A DNA stretch of 42,209 nucleotides, taken from NCBI GenBank assembly GCA_916720325.1, contig CAKAQT010000001.1, positions 1 to 42,209 on the forward strand, read 5' to 3'. The translations under genes were made by a program, and so were the position numbers. This DNA is from Haemophilus parainfluenzae (GTDB lineage Bacteria > Pseudomonadota > Gammaproteobacteria > Enterobacterales > Pasteurellaceae). Positions 29,667 through 40,038 of this stretch are shown piece by piece; the stretch's first letter is position 1, and every line of letters starts with the position of its first letter. The notes below the pieces were generated by a model, which was not told where the DNA came from, ran no database searches, and worked only from the letters and a program-made list of their open reading frames with translations.

Positions 29667-30797
29667 TTATTTTAATGACAATAATCTCGCCACATTTTGA
29701 GCCGTTGAGATTAAATTCTGCTCGCCCTGTTTGAGAATTGTCGGTAAATCGCCCAGATTACGAATAATTGGGAACACCACATCAATGCCATGTTCATACA
29801 CCACTTCATAATCCTCACGCAAACAACCCACAATCGCAATGACAGGCTTATTAAATTGTTTCGCCGTGCGCGCCACACCGATAGGGGTCTTACCTAAGAT
29901 ACTTTGCGCATCCATACGGCCTTCACCAGTAATCACTAAATCAGCCTCTTTAACTTGCTCAGCGAGTTTCAAATTATCTAACACGATCTGTACACCGGCT
30001 TTCAGTTGCACATTAGGTAAGAGCAATAAACCACCGCCCATACCACCTGCTGCACCCGCACCTGATTGATCTTTAATTTGTTTGCCACAATCTCGCTCGG
30101 CAATTTCGGCAAAATGGGCTAATGCAGCATCGAGTTCCTTCACCATCTCAGGCGTGGCACCTTTTTGCGGGCCAAAAATCGCAGAGGCACCTCGTTCACC
30201 ACAAAGTGGATTATTCACATCACAAGCCACTTCGATTTGTACGTGTTGCAATCGAGGATCTAAATCAACCAGTTGAATTTCAGCAAGATTAGATAATGCT
30301 GCACCACTAAAGCCAATGGATTGCCCATTTTTATCCAATAAACGTAAACCTAACGCTTGCAGCATACCCGCACCACCGTCATTTGTGGCACTCCCACCAA
30401 TTCCTAAAATGATATGTTGTACGCCAAGATCTAGGGCTTGCTTAATCAACTCCCCCGTACCAAAGCTAGTGGTTTGACAAGGATTTCGTTTATCCATTGG
30501 AACAAGATGTAATCCCGATGCGGCCGCCATTTCGATAATCGCCGTTTTACCATCACCCGATAAACCGAAAAAGCTTTTTACTTGATTACCCAACGGTGCT
30601 GTGACTTCCGTTTCAATCAGGCGGCCTTGAGTGGCATCTACCAAAGATTGTACGGTTCCCTCTCCCCCATCTGCCATTGGTAATTTCACATATTCAGCGT
30701 TTGGGAAAATACGTTTAAAGCCCCTTTCAATCGCATTAGCCACTTCAAGTGCGGTTAAACTTTCTTTAAATGAATCAGGCGCAATGACAATTTTCAT
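29667..30797 (-). CDS. glxK: Glycerate kinase (GlxK/GarK family)
   Basis: IAPDSFKES, PMADGGEG, GIGGSATNDGG, FGPQKGA, TGEG. Confidence 0.95.
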   Translation of the reverse strand: MKIVIAPDSFKESLTALEVANAIERGFKRIFPNAEYVKLPMADGGEGTVQSLVDATQGRLIETEVTAPLGNQVKSFFGLSGDGKTAIIEMAAASGLHLVPMDKRNPCQTTSFGTGELIKQALDLGVQHIILGIGGSATNDGGAGMLQALGLRLLDKNGQSIGFSGAALSNLAEIQLVDLDPRLQHVQIEVACDVNNPLCGERGASAIFGPQKGATPEMVKELDAALAHFAEIAERDCGKQIKDQSGAGAAGGMGGGLLLLPNVQLKAGVQIVLDNLKLAEQVKEADLVITGEGRMDAQSILGKTPIGVARTAKQFNKPVIAIVGCLREDYEVVYEHGIDVVFPIIRNLGDLPTILKQGEQNLISTAQNVARLLSLK

Positions 30798-30811
30798 ATT
30801 TTCTCCTTAAA

Positions 30812-32068
30812 CTAACTAAATACACCAAAAATTAAGGTGGACACAATGGTCATCATTAACCCCACTGCACTTTCATAAGGAATCAATTTTAAGCGTTCTT
30901 TCATGTCCATATTTACGCTACCGCCAGTTGCATGAAAAAAAGAACCATGTGGCATATGATCGAAAACTGTCGCCCCCGCATGAATCATCGCGGCACCTGC
31001 CAGACTACTCACCCCCAACTCTAATAGCGTTGAACTAAACACATTCGAAGCAACCGCTGTCCCTGCAGTTGTTGATGCTGTTGCAAGCGACATGAGCGCA
31101 CCTGAAATTGGCGCAAGGATATAAGAAGGTAAGCCCGAATGTTTTAAGCCTTCAATGAGCACATCTTTCATACCAGAATTGGCAATAATACCGGCTAAAG
31201 CTCCCGTACCAAGTAGCATAATCGCCACCGGAGCCATTTTCCCTAAACCGCTAATCGCATAGTTATTGGCTTGGCGAAGCTTGCCCATACATAATGCGCC
31301 AATCAGACCACCAAGTGGTAAAGCGATTAAAGGATCGACTTTAATATCAGCTAACGGACGAAGTGCCAGTAAGAAGATGGCAACCAAAGGTGCCACAAGT
31401 GCGGTCAAAAATGAGGGTAGATTCTGTGTTTCTACTGCGACAACCTCTTGGGATGAAACGCGCGAACCTTTGTTTCTTAAACGTTTTGCTAAGAAATACG
31501 TCAATATTAAGCCAAAAATAGCGGGGATAATCCCTGCCATCATCACTGACGTTAAAGGAAGATGGAATGTATCTGCTGCAGCAATCGCATTAGGATTAGG
31601 TGACATTAAGTTTCCTGCTTTTCCCCCACCAATCATCGCTAAGAGAATAGCGGGTTTTGATAAGTCAGTACGACGAGCAAGTGCTAAGGCTATTGGAGAG
31701 ACCGTAATCACGGCAACATCAATAAATACACCAACGGCGGTTAAAATTAATGTGGCCAACGCTAACGCTAATAATGCTCTTGTTTCACCTAACTTGTTTG
31801 TAATGGTTTCAGCAATGGTATTCGCAGCACCGGATTCAATAAGTACGCCAGCCAATACCCCTGCTGCGAGAATTCGCATGACTGCGGTAGTGATACCTTG
31901 AGCCCCTCCAATCATGAGACTCACGGTTTGAGATAAATCAGCGCCGCCAACTAATCCCCCTACTAAAGCCCCGACTAACATACCATAGGCTGGTGAGACT
32001 TTTTTCAAAATAAGGAAAATAGCGACAATCAGTGCAATGAGCGCACCTAAGGCTGAGACTGTTGGCAT
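30812..32068 (-). CDS. GntP-family permease (probable glycerate transporter)
   Basis: GVFIDVAVITV, GGGKAGN, DHMPHGSFFH; adjacent to glycerate kinase. Confidence 0.88.
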   Translation of the reverse strand: MPTVSALGALIALIVAIFLILKKVSPAYGMLVGALVGGLVGGADLSQTVSLMIGGAQGITTAVMRILAAGVLAGVLIESGAANTIAETITNKLGETRALLALALATLILTAVGVFIDVAVITVSPIALALARRTDLSKPAILLAMIGGGKAGNLMSPNPNAIAAADTFHLPLTSVMMAGIIPAIFGLILTYFLAKRLRNKGSRVSSQEVVAVETQNLPSFLTALVAPLVAIFLLALRPLADIKVDPLIALPLGGLIGALCMGKLRQANNYAISGLGKMAPVAIMLLGTGALAGIIANSGMKDVLIEGLKHSGLPSYILAPISGALMSLATASTTAGTAVASNVFSSTLLELGVSSLAGAAMIHAGATVFDHMPHGSFFHATGGSVNMDMKERLKLIPYESAVGLMMTIVSTLIFGVFS

Positions 32069-32158
32069 AGCGTCCTCCTGTGGATATGAATATGCAAAAA
32101 TCTTTCTTATTTATATCAGCAAACGTTAAGGAATAAAATCTTGTCCGACTTCACCTAC

Positions 32159-32188
32159 AAAAACGGCTTATGTACAACACATAAGCCG
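32159..32188 (-). terminator. dgkA terminator
   Basis: CGGCTTATGT-N5-ACATAAGCCG followed by a T run on the minus strand. Confidence 0.7.
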
Positions 32189-32215
32189 AAATTGTTACTG
32201 AAAATTGACCGCACT

Positions 32216-32572
32216 TTAGAAAAATAAAATACTTCCCCAAACCACGACAACAATGCAAAGTGCAATGAATACCGCTGCTGAGCCTTGGTCTTTGGCTCTC
32301 CCTGAAAGCTCATGGCGTTCTGTACCGATACGATCCACCACCGCTTCAACTGCACTATTTAACAGTTCAACTGCCATCACAAGTAAAACCGATGAAATCA
32401 TCAGAGCGATTTCAATTTTAGTATCACCTAGCCAAAATGCGAGTGGAATCATAATACATGCAAGAAAACATTCGTGGCGAAATGCGGTTTCATTTTTGAA
32501 TGCACTTTTTAAGCCTTGTAAAGAATATTTTGTAGAGTTAATTAAATGGGTTAATCCCGTGGTTTTATACAT
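32216..32572 (-). CDS. dgkA: Diacylglycerol kinase
   Basis: YSLQGL, ETAFRHE, ELLNSAVEAVVD, AKDQGSAAV. Confidence 0.96.
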   Translation of the reverse strand: MYKTTGLTHLINSTKYSLQGLKSAFKNETAFRHECFLACIMIPLAFWLGDTKIEIALMISSVLLVMAVELLNSAVEAVVDRIGTERHELSGRAKDQGSAAVFIALCIVVVVWGSILFF

Positions 32573-32592
32573 AAAAGTTCCTATGTTGTAAT

Positions 32593-34842
32593 CTATAAAC
32601 GTTTTGCTTCGATAACGTCGTCTAACTTCGCTAATCTAGCCAGTATTTTACTTAAACTTTCGACATTTTTCAGTTCAATTTCCATATCCATCGTTGCCAC
32701 TTGTTTTTTGGTGTCTGCACGGCTTGAAACCCCTAACACGCTGACTTTTTCATTCGCGAGCACGGTCGTAATATCGCGTAATAAACCGTTGCGATCACTG
32801 GCCACAATGCGAATATTAATATGGAACCCCGCCGCATAATTATCCCCCCAAAGAGCTTCTACCACGCGTTCAGGGTGGGCTGCTTGTAATTCAATGAACT
32901 GCTCACAATCGCAACGATGAATTGAAATACCCCGCCCCATCGTAATGTAGCCTGCAATCGCATCACCTGGAATAGGCTGACAACAACGCGCCATATGGTG
33001 CATTAAATTACCGACCCCTTCAACAATGACATAGCCTTTATTCTGTTGTTGCTCGGCTTTCTGTTGCGCCTTTTGCTGTGCAGTATTCGCACTTTTACTC
33101 GCCACATGGCGGAGAATTTCTTGATCTGCTTCTTCAGCCGTCACTTTGATCAATCGGCTTTGCAAGAAATTCATCAACTGATTTAAGCGAATATCTCCGC
33201 TACCAATGCCCGCATATAAATCTTCGAGGTTTCTTAAGTTATAACGTGGCAAGGCAAGCTGCTCAACCTGTTTCAAACTGATATTCAAACGCGCAAGTTC
33301 ATTATCTAACTGCTCTTTACCCGCTGGAACGTTTTTATCACGATCTTGTTTCTTAAACCACGCTTGGATTTTGGCTCGCGCTTTTGAGGTATGAGTAAAC
33401 CCTAGGTTTGGATTGACCCAATCTCGGCTTGGATTTGGATTTTTCTGCGTGATGATATCCACTTGCTCACCCATTTGCAGGTGATAAGTGAATGGCACAA
33501 TACGTCCCCCAACTTTCGCTCCGATACAACGGTGGCCAATTTCACTGTGGATCGCATAAGCAAAATCGAGAGGCGTTGATCCCGCGGGTAAATCAACCAC
33601 TTCACCTTTCGGCGTAAACACATATACGCGATCATCAAAGACTTGGCTACGTAATTCAGCCATCACTTCGCCAGAATCTGTAATATCATCTTGCCATGCA
33701 AGTAATTTACGTAACCAAGTGATTTTTTCTTCGTAAGCGGAAAGGCTACCTGTCGTGCCCTCTTTGTATTTCCAGTGGGCGGCTACACCAAGCTCCGCAT
33801 CATCATGCATTTGCTGAGTACGAATTTGCACTTCAATTGGCTTACCACCTTTTCCTAACACCACAGTATGAATGGATTGATATCCATTTGGTTTCGGGTT
33901 GGCGACATAATCATCAAATTCTTTTGGCAAGTGTTTGAAATGTGTGTGGACGATACCGAGCGCCGTATAACAATCTTGCAATTTCTGTACGATCACCCTA
34001 ACCGCTCTGACATCATATAAGCCACTGAACTCCAAATGTTTCTTTTGCATTTTTCGCCAAATGCTATAAATATGTTTTGGACGACCGTAAACTTCAACCT
34101 GGTCGATATTTTCTTTTAAATAACCGGTTAACTCTGTGACAAAATCTGCAATATACTGCTCACGATCTAAGCGGCGCTCATGTAATAATTTGGCAATATT
34201 TCGATATTGTTCTGGATGCAAATAACGGAAGCAGTAATCTTCAAGCTCCCATTTCAATTGACCGATCCCTAAACGGTTTGCCAATGGGGCATAAATATTG
34301 GAACATTCTTTGGCTGCCAATACTTTTTCTTCTTCACAAAAGTGATTTTCCGCATTACGAAGAAACGTAATACGTTCAGCAAGTTTGATGATCACGCAAC
34401 GGAAATCGTCCACCATCGCAAGGAGCATACGGCGTACATTATCCACTTGAGACGCATTGGCAGAATGGCTGGCGTTGAGCTGACGGATATTATCCATCTC
34501 CTCCACACCTTTAAGCAGTTTGGTGATTTTAGGACCAAAATGTTCCTGAATTTGCTCCCAATCGACAATTTTGTTTGCTACTAAGGGGAATAGCATAGCG
34601 GTGAGTAAACTTTCGCTGTCCATATTCATTTCATGCAGAATCTCCACCATTTCCACACCGGATTGCAATGTAAGGATTGCATTCTCCATTTGATCGGCAT
34701 GTTCAGCTATTTTGGCTTGGGCATAATACCATGCATCAATCAGAGACTTTTCTACGGGGGCAGCAAGTTTAAGGCTCGAACACCATTGTTCGATCTCAAA
34801 ATCATGTGGATTTGATAAGTGAGAACCACGAACTGCAACCAT
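32593..34842 (-). CDS. relA: (p)ppGpp synthetase RelA
   Basis: MVAVRGSH start at 34842, GRPKHIYSI, DYVANPKPNGYQSIH, EVQIRT, TGS, CC and ACT domains; degenerate hydrolase domain as expected for RelA. Confidence 0.97.
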   Translation of the reverse strand: MVAVRGSHLSNPHDFEIEQWCSSLKLAAPVEKSLIDAWYYAQAKIAEHADQMENAILTLQSGVEMVEILHEMNMDSESLLTAMLFPLVANKIVDWEQIQEHFGPKITKLLKGVEEMDNIRQLNASHSANASQVDNVRRMLLAMVDDFRCVIIKLAERITFLRNAENHFCEEEKVLAAKECSNIYAPLANRLGIGQLKWELEDYCFRYLHPEQYRNIAKLLHERRLDREQYIADFVTELTGYLKENIDQVEVYGRPKHIYSIWRKMQKKHLEFSGLYDVRAVRVIVQKLQDCYTALGIVHTHFKHLPKEFDDYVANPKPNGYQSIHTVVLGKGGKPIEVQIRTQQMHDDAELGVAAHWKYKEGTTGSLSAYEEKITWLRKLLAWQDDITDSGEVMAELRSQVFDDRVYVFTPKGEVVDLPAGSTPLDFAYAIHSEIGHRCIGAKVGGRIVPFTYHLQMGEQVDIITQKNPNPSRDWVNPNLGFTHTSKARAKIQAWFKKQDRDKNVPAGKEQLDNELARLNISLKQVEQLALPRYNLRNLEDLYAGIGSGDIRLNQLMNFLQSRLIKVTAEEADQEILRHVASKSANTAQQKAQQKAEQQQNKGYVIVEGVGNLMHHMARCCQPIPGDAIAGYITMGRGISIHRCDCEQFIELQAAHPERVVEALWGDNYAAGFHINIRIVASDRNGLLRDITTVLANEKVSVLGVSSRADTKKQVATMDMEIELKNVESLSKILARLAKLDDVIEAKRL

Positions 34843-34923
34843 AATACCCCCTTGTTGATGAATATGGCTCGGCAACATCCTGTCAGCCGAGTTGTCTTTT
34901 TAAGACAACAAAAAAGTCTGACT

Positions 34924-34932
34924 ATTCTATCA
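34924..34932 (-). promoter_or_regulatory. Putative extended -10 promoter of relA
   Basis: Minus strand TG-A-TAGAAT about 80 bp upstream of the start. Confidence 0.45.
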
Positions 34933-34943
34933 GAATTTACACC

Positions 34944-36254
34944 TTATTTGATAAATAATGTCACCGACTCCAAATGACTAGTATGCGGGAACATATCAAT
35001 CATGGCGGTTTTGATAATGCGATAGCCAAAAGCGCGAAGAATTTCAGCATCCCGTACTAAGGTTGCAGGATTGCAAGATACGTAAAGAATGCTTTCTGCA
35101 CCAAGCTCACATAACGCATTCAGTGCAAAAGCGGCGCCACTGCGAGGTGGATCGAGAAGAATTTTATTGAAATGTTGTTTTGCCCAAGGTTGTTCTAAAA
35201 AAACTTGGTCTAAATCGGCTTGATAAAATTCAACATTATCGATGTGATTAAACTGTGCATTCGCTTGGGCTTTTTTCACCATGTCAAAAACCCCTTCAAT
35301 TCCAACTGCAATTTTCACGCGTTTGGCTAAAGGCAACGTGAAATTGCCCATGCCACAGAATAAATCTAAGACATGATCATTCTGATTCAAATCAAGCCAA
35401 TCTAAAGCAGTCTCAACCATTTGCAGATTTAAGTGGGTATTCACTTGAATAAAATCGCGGATATCAAAAGATAAACGAATATCGTCTAAGACATAATAAG
35501 GCATTTCACCATGCACAAGTTGAATACTTTGATCATCTTGCAAAAATAAATTCACGGCATTGAGGCGTGCAAACTCGAGCAATAAAGCGCGGTCAGTTTC
35601 GGCTAAATTTCCTTTGTAACGTAACAACATGGCTACGCCATTCTCAGCAGAAACCAATTCAATATGCCCTAATTGTTTCGGGGCTGAATATTGCGCCCAA
35701 AGTGCGGTCAATTTGGGGATAAGATGATTAATCGCAGGCTCTGCGACTAAGCATTGCTGAATACTCACTAACTGATTGGAGTTTTTCTGACGAAATCCCA
35801 TTTCAATAGTTTTATGTTTAGCATTCCACAGCAAACTTAATCGTACACGACGACGATAGCCCCATTGTTCGCTACAAATCATTGGCATTAATTGAATAGG
35901 CTCTGCCTGCAGTTTACTTAATCGAGAAAAAAGAGCTTTCTCTTTCGCTTTACGTTGCATTTCCACAGGAATATGTTGGCCTTGGCATCCACCACAACGT
36001 CCATAATAACGACATTGCGGCTCAACACGCTGATTATTCTTTTGTAACCATTTTTGTGCCGTGGCTAAACCATATTGACGCTTTTCATCCGTCACTATCG
36101 CTTCCACTTTTTCCATTGGCAAGGCATTTTCAATGAACCAAGTTTTACCTTGAATTTTGGCGACACCTAACCCTTGATAATCTAAATCCTGAATTTCAGC
36201 GACAACTTTTTGGGTGGTTTTCTGTTTTTTTTGTGGAGCGTAAAGTAAAGCCAT
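34944..36254 (-). CDS. rlmD: 23S rRNA m5U1939 methyltransferase
   Basis: TRAM domain, CGGC Fe-S motif, FIQVN, DLFCGMG, DPPR, YVSC, DMFPHT.HLE. Confidence 0.96.
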   Translation of the reverse strand: MALLYAPQKKQKTTQKVVAEIQDLDYQGLGVAKIQGKTWFIENALPMEKVEAIVTDEKRQYGLATAQKWLQKNNQRVEPQCRYYGRCGGCQGQHIPVEMQRKAKEKALFSRLSKLQAEPIQLMPMICSEQWGYRRRVRLSLLWNAKHKTIEMGFRQKNSNQLVSIQQCLVAEPAINHLIPKLTALWAQYSAPKQLGHIELVSAENGVAMLLRYKGNLAETDRALLLEFARLNAVNLFLQDDQSIQLVHGEMPYYVLDDIRLSFDIRDFIQVNTHLNLQMVETALDWLDLNQNDHVLDLFCGMGNFTLPLAKRVKIAVGIEGVFDMVKKAQANAQFNHIDNVEFYQADLDQVFLEQPWAKQHFNKILLDPPRSGAAFALNALCELGAESILYVSCNPATLVRDAEILRAFGYRIIKTAMIDMFPHTSHLESVTLFIK

Positions 36255-36291
36255 GATGGTGTTTTTAATCTGTTTGTATTAAAGAAAGGGA

Positions 36292-36996
36292 TTATTTTAA
36301 ATAAAGTACGTTTTGCGTAAATAATTCTCGACTTTTCAGCGGCTTATCACCTAAATAAGGTTTGAGTGCGATTCGAGTAAAGCGCTTTGCTGCTTGCAAG
36401 ACGGACTCATTGGTAAATTCCAAACGGTCAAAAGCAAGCAAATCTCGCCCATAAAAGGTTAAGTTATCTTTTACTAACGAGGCGATAAAACCCTTTTCCG
36501 CACGATATTGGTAAGTCATCGATTCATCTACTGGTAAACCTGATCCTGCACAATGCAGAAAATCAATGCCATAACCTAAGATTTTAAGTAAATGAAATTC
36601 AAATAGACGCAATGTGGGCTCAACCTGTGGTTGAGTGGCTAAGCCTGTTAAGCATTGAAGATAATGCTGAAAAAGTTGTGGATTGGCCGTTTCTGGCTCG
36701 ATCACTCGAGTAATCAGCTCATTTACATAAAACCCGCTGTATAAAGCCGTTTGCTGTAAAGGCAGCGTAATTGCTGCGGGCTCTGCTTTCGTGAGTGTTT
36801 TTAATGCGCCTTTTCCTGACCAACGAAGAAGTAATGGCGTAAAAGGCTGTAAGACAGATTTCCATGCAGAACGTTTCGCACGTGCACCTTTTGCAATAAC
36901 CGTCAAACGACCTGTTTCTTCAGTGAATAAATCCACCAAAAGGCTGGTTTCACTATAAGGACGACGATGTAACACAAAGCCGCGTTGGAGATCCAT
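36292..36996 (-). CDS. recO: DNA repair protein RecO
   Basis: [31 protein letters not shown]. Confidence 0.97.
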   Translation of the reverse strand: MDLQRGFVLHRRPYSETSLLVDLFTEETGRLTVIAKGARAKRSAWKSVLQPFTPLLLRWSGKGALKTLTKAEPAAITLPLQQTALYSGFYVNELITRVIEPETANPQLFQHYLQCLTGLATQPQVEPTLRLFEFHLLKILGYGIDFLHCAGSGLPVDESMTYQYRAEKGFIASLVKDNLTFYGRDLLAFDRLEFTNESVLQAAKRFTRIALKPYLGDKPLKSRELFTQNVLYLK

Positions 36997-37003
36997 ACAA
37001 GAA

Positions 37004-37411
37004 TTATTTGCCTGATTTTAATTCACTTGGTTGTTTCACACAGCGTTCTGCGAGCACTTCACCTACGCTAGTTTGTAATTGACTGAAGTCATCACGCTCC
37101 TGCCAATACCAACGAATATTCGCATAATTTCTCCCACGCTCAGAAATCACTCGTGTCAATTTTTCGGTTACATCATTAAAAGTAACGGTCACCTGGCTGA
37201 GTGTTTTTTTACTTTTCTGTTTTTGCTTGGTATGAACCACACTCACTTCTTTATTGCCTTTACACAAATAAACCGTCGCTGAACCCTTTTGGGATTTTTT
37301 ATCAACGGTTTGCACTTTCATTTTCTGTGGTGCGGGTTTGCTTAACTCAACATTTTGTGAACAAGCGGAAAGACAAAGTGCGGTCAAAATTACGCTTAAT
37401 TTTTTTAACAT
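37004..37411 (-). CDS. oapB: Opacity-associated lipoprotein OapB (MliC-like)
   Basis: Lipobox LSAC from ATG 37411; Y.C, SERG..Y, C-terminal Cys; lies between oapA and recO. Confidence 0.8.
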   Translation of the reverse strand: MLKKLSVILTALCLSACSQNVELSKPAPQKMKVQTVDKKSQKGSATVYLCKGNKEVSVVHTKQKQKSKKTLSQVTVTFNDVTEKLTRVISERGRNYANIRWYWQERDDFSQLQTSVGEVLAERCVKQPSELKSGK

Positions 37412-37486
37412 GAATTCTATTTCCATCAAGGGTTGTTTATGATTGCTCACTTTACGAAATGAGCAAGAATAAACAATCTTATCTAG

Positions 37487-37509
37487 AAAAATGGGCGATT
37501 ACTCGCCCA
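37487..37509 (-). terminator. oapA terminator
   Basis: TGGGCGA-N4-TCGCCCA with a T run on the minus strand. Confidence 0.6.
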
Positions 37510-37516
37510 CTAAAAA

Positions 37517-38911
37517 TTATTTTTTATACTGATATGAACCATCGGCTTGACGAATGAACTTGCCGCCATTTGATAAACGAAGCTCACTCACTCGACCTTG
37601 ACTATTCACAGATACCTGTACTTTATCACCAGGTTTGAAACTGCTTAATGCATTACCTGCACCGCTTGCTTTTGTCATGGCATTCACATCTGAAATATTC
37701 AATTTATTATCACGGAATACTTGCATCAGTGAAACACCTTGCGGCACCGTTAATGTTTTTGTTGCACCTGTTGAAGCGGTTTGTGCTGTTGGTTCTGTTG
37801 CTTTCACCGCATTGTTGCTTGCTGATTTCGCATCCACAATTTGAACCTTACTATCTTTAGTTGCAACAGGTTTCGCTTCTTGAATTTTGCTTGACTCTTT
37901 TTTCACGGTTTGAGTCGGCTGAACTGTTGCTTTTTCAGCTACAGGTTTAGGTTGTTTTTTCTCTTGAACCACCGATGTTTGTTCACGACGAGGTTCTGCT
38001 TTATGCTCAACTGTTGCGGTATGTTTTTCTACCGTTGGTTGTACTGTTTTCATAGGTTCTTTAACTGGTGCAGGAGCAACAGTCGGTTGAACCGGTGCTG
38101 GTTGGGTTACTGGTTGTTGAGCAACATTTTGTTGTGCAGGCTCTGCAGGTTGTGATTTCGCCGCATCTGCTTTATCACCTACGTACTCCATGGCTGGAGG
38201 TGTATCTGATTTAGCGTCATTTGCAACTTGTTCTGTCGTTGTCGGCGCTGCATTGTTATTGTTATCTAATACTGTGGTTTCAACCGGTTGAGACTGATCC
38301 AATGATTGGAATTGAACCGGAATTTCATTGCTGTTTTGTTGTTCAAAAGACTCTACCGTATCTGAGTTTGGTTTTAGGGTGAAGAAAATGATCAACAATA
38401 CCACTAAACCCAAAATCGCAATAAATAAACGGCGATGTTTTTCTGGTAACATTTGTAAAACCTTCCATTTTTCTGGTGATTTCAAGCTTGCTGCCGCAGC
38501 GGTTGCTGTCGGTGCAACTGTTTCGGCTTGAGTTTTCACTTCTTCCACAATATCTTCTGCAGGTGAATTTTCAAAAATCACTTTTTCTTCCGCTGCGTTT
38601 TCTACTTGAACATTTTCAACAGGCTCTTGAGCGCCGAAAGCACTTGATTGCACTGATTGTTCAGTATTTTCACTTTGGAATGCTTGAGAAGGTGAAAAAG
38701 GTTGACTTGCTGCCGTACCAAAAGTTGGTTCGCGGCGAACATGGAATTGTGTATCTGGCTGTTCTTTTTTACCAAATAAACCTTTGGCTTTATCAAAAAT
38801 TGAGCCACTTTGTTGAACCGGTTTTCTTGGTGTCACAGAGTCAGAGTGATTAAATCCTAAATCTAATTCATTTTGAGATGAATTGTCGTTAGGTTGATTT
38901 TTATTATCCAC
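37517..38911 (-). CDS. oapA: Opacity-associated protein A (YtfB-like; single TM helix, long Pro/Gln/Thr-rich linker, C-terminal OapA domain)
   Basis: QNELDLG, RREPTFG, LPEKHRRL followed by a TM helix, VPQGVSLMQVFRDN, FIRQADGSY; GTG start. Confidence 0.9.
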   Translation of the reverse strand: MDNKNQPNDNSSQNELDLGFNHSDSVTPRKPVQQSGSIFDKAKGLFGKKEQPDTQFHVRREPTFGTAASQPFSPSQAFQSENTEQSVQSSAFGAQEPVENVQVENAAEEKVIFENSPAEDIVEEVKTQAETVAPTATAAAASLKSPEKWKVLQMLPEKHRRLFIAILGLVVLLIIFFTLKPNSDTVESFEQQNSNEIPVQFQSLDQSQPVETTVLDNNNNAAPTTTEQVANDAKSDTPPAMEYVGDKADAAKSQPAEPAQQNVAQQPVTQPAPVQPTVAPAPVKEPMKTVQPTVEKHTATVEHKAEPRREQTSVVQEKKQPKPVAEKATVQPTQTVKKESSKIQEAKPVATKDSKVQIVDAKSASNNAVKATEPTAQTASTGATKTLTVPQGVSLMQVFRDNKLNISDVNAMTKASGAGNALSSFKPGDKVQVSVNSQGRVSELRLSNGGKFIRQADGSYQYKK

Positions 38912-38985
38912 GGTATTACCTCGATTTGCTAAACTAAAGATCGCACAAAAGTGCGGTGAAAAATTGAATCGTATTTTATCGGATC

Positions 38986-40002
38986 TTACGCTGTGTATAA
39001 AGTCTTATTTGGCTCTCCACCGATTTCTCGTGCTAATTTGGGTACTAAATAGCCAGAAGTGAGCGCCTGCAATTCTCTATAAATTTGTAAGGCACGCTCA
39101 TCCGAGATATAGAAATGGCTCGCCCCCTGCACTTTATCCAATAAATGCAAGTAATAAGGCAAAATTCCCGCTTGAAATAGCTTATCGCTCAATACTTTTA
39201 ATGTATGTGGGTTATCATTCACATCTTTTAGAAGGACTGATTGATTGAGTAAGGTCACTTTAGCGCCTGCCAGTTTTTGCATAGCCAAAGCGAGTGCCTC
39301 ATCAATTTCATTTGGATGATTGATATGCGTGACAAACACCTCTTGTAATCGGCTTTTTAGCAATAAATCACAAAATTCATCCGTAATGCGCTCTGGAATC
39401 ACGACTGGCAAGCGAGAGTGAATACGTAAACGCTGTAAGTGCGGTATTTTTTCAAGGCGTTCTAATAGCCACGCCCATTCACTATCCTTTGCCATCATCG
39501 GATCGCCACCCGAAAAAATCACTTCTTCAATTTCAGGATGGGCCGCAATATAGTCTATTGCTTGTTGCCAACTCGTTTTATTGCCTGGGTTTTGATCATA
39601 AGGAAAATGGCGACGGAAACAATAACGACAGTTAACGGCACAGCCTCCTTTTGCCATGAACAGCAAGCGATTTTGGTATTTATGCAGAATATTAGGCACG
39701 GCATTTTTTTGCTGCTCATCTAAAGGATCTTGGCTAAACCCTTCGGCCTCAATAAATTCTTGTTGAGCTGTCATCACTTGTAAAAAAAGTGGGTCTTTCG
39801 GATTCCCTTTTTCCATTTTTTCAACAAAAGGTAAAGGCACTCGCATAGCAAAAAGTTTACGGGCAGCGATATCCTCGGCAAAATCGTCAACAGGTAAATT
39901 TAAGGTTTTTAATAAGATTTTCGGATCAGAAATCGCATTTTTTAGGGTTTCTAACCAATTTTGTTCTTCTCTAATCGCAATATTTCGGGTTAAAATACGC
40001 AC
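38986..40002 (-). CDS. epmB: EF-P beta-lysylation radical SAM enzyme (lysine 2,3-aminomutase)
   Basis: CAVNCRYCFRR, SGGDP, HINHPNE, GYLVP; divergent from efp; GTG start at 40002. Confidence 0.96.
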   Translation of the reverse strand: MRILTRNIAIREEQNWLETLKNAISDPKILLKTLNLPVDDFAEDIAARKLFAMRVPLPFVEKMEKGNPKDPLFLQVMTAQQEFIEAEGFSQDPLDEQQKNAVPNILHKYQNRLLFMAKGGCAVNCRYCFRRHFPYDQNPGNKTSWQQAIDYIAAHPEIEEVIFSGGDPMMAKDSEWAWLLERLEKIPHLQRLRIHSRLPVVIPERITDEFCDLLLKSRLQEVFVTHINHPNEIDEALALAMQKLAGAKVTLLNQSVLLKDVNDNPHTLKVLSDKLFQAGILPYYLHLLDKVQGASHFYISDERALQIYRELQALTSGYLVPKLAREIGGEPNKTLYTA

Positions 40003-40038
40003 TTTCAAACAATCTCTATTTTTTAGGATATTTTTAAT

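Noticed and set aside
31266..31901. 211-aa plus-strand ORF and the many other 60-125 aa overlapping ORFs
   Set aside because: They lie antisense or off-frame within well-supported genes and show no recognisable motifs
33040..33085. QQKAQQKAEQQQ micro-duplication in RelA
   Set aside because: In-frame, degenerate at the DNA level, and located in an interdomain linker
37760..38300. Pro/Gln/Thr-rich OapA linker as a phase-variable tandem repeat
   Set aside because: Low-complexity protein sequence but no exact DNA tandem repeat; typical of OapA
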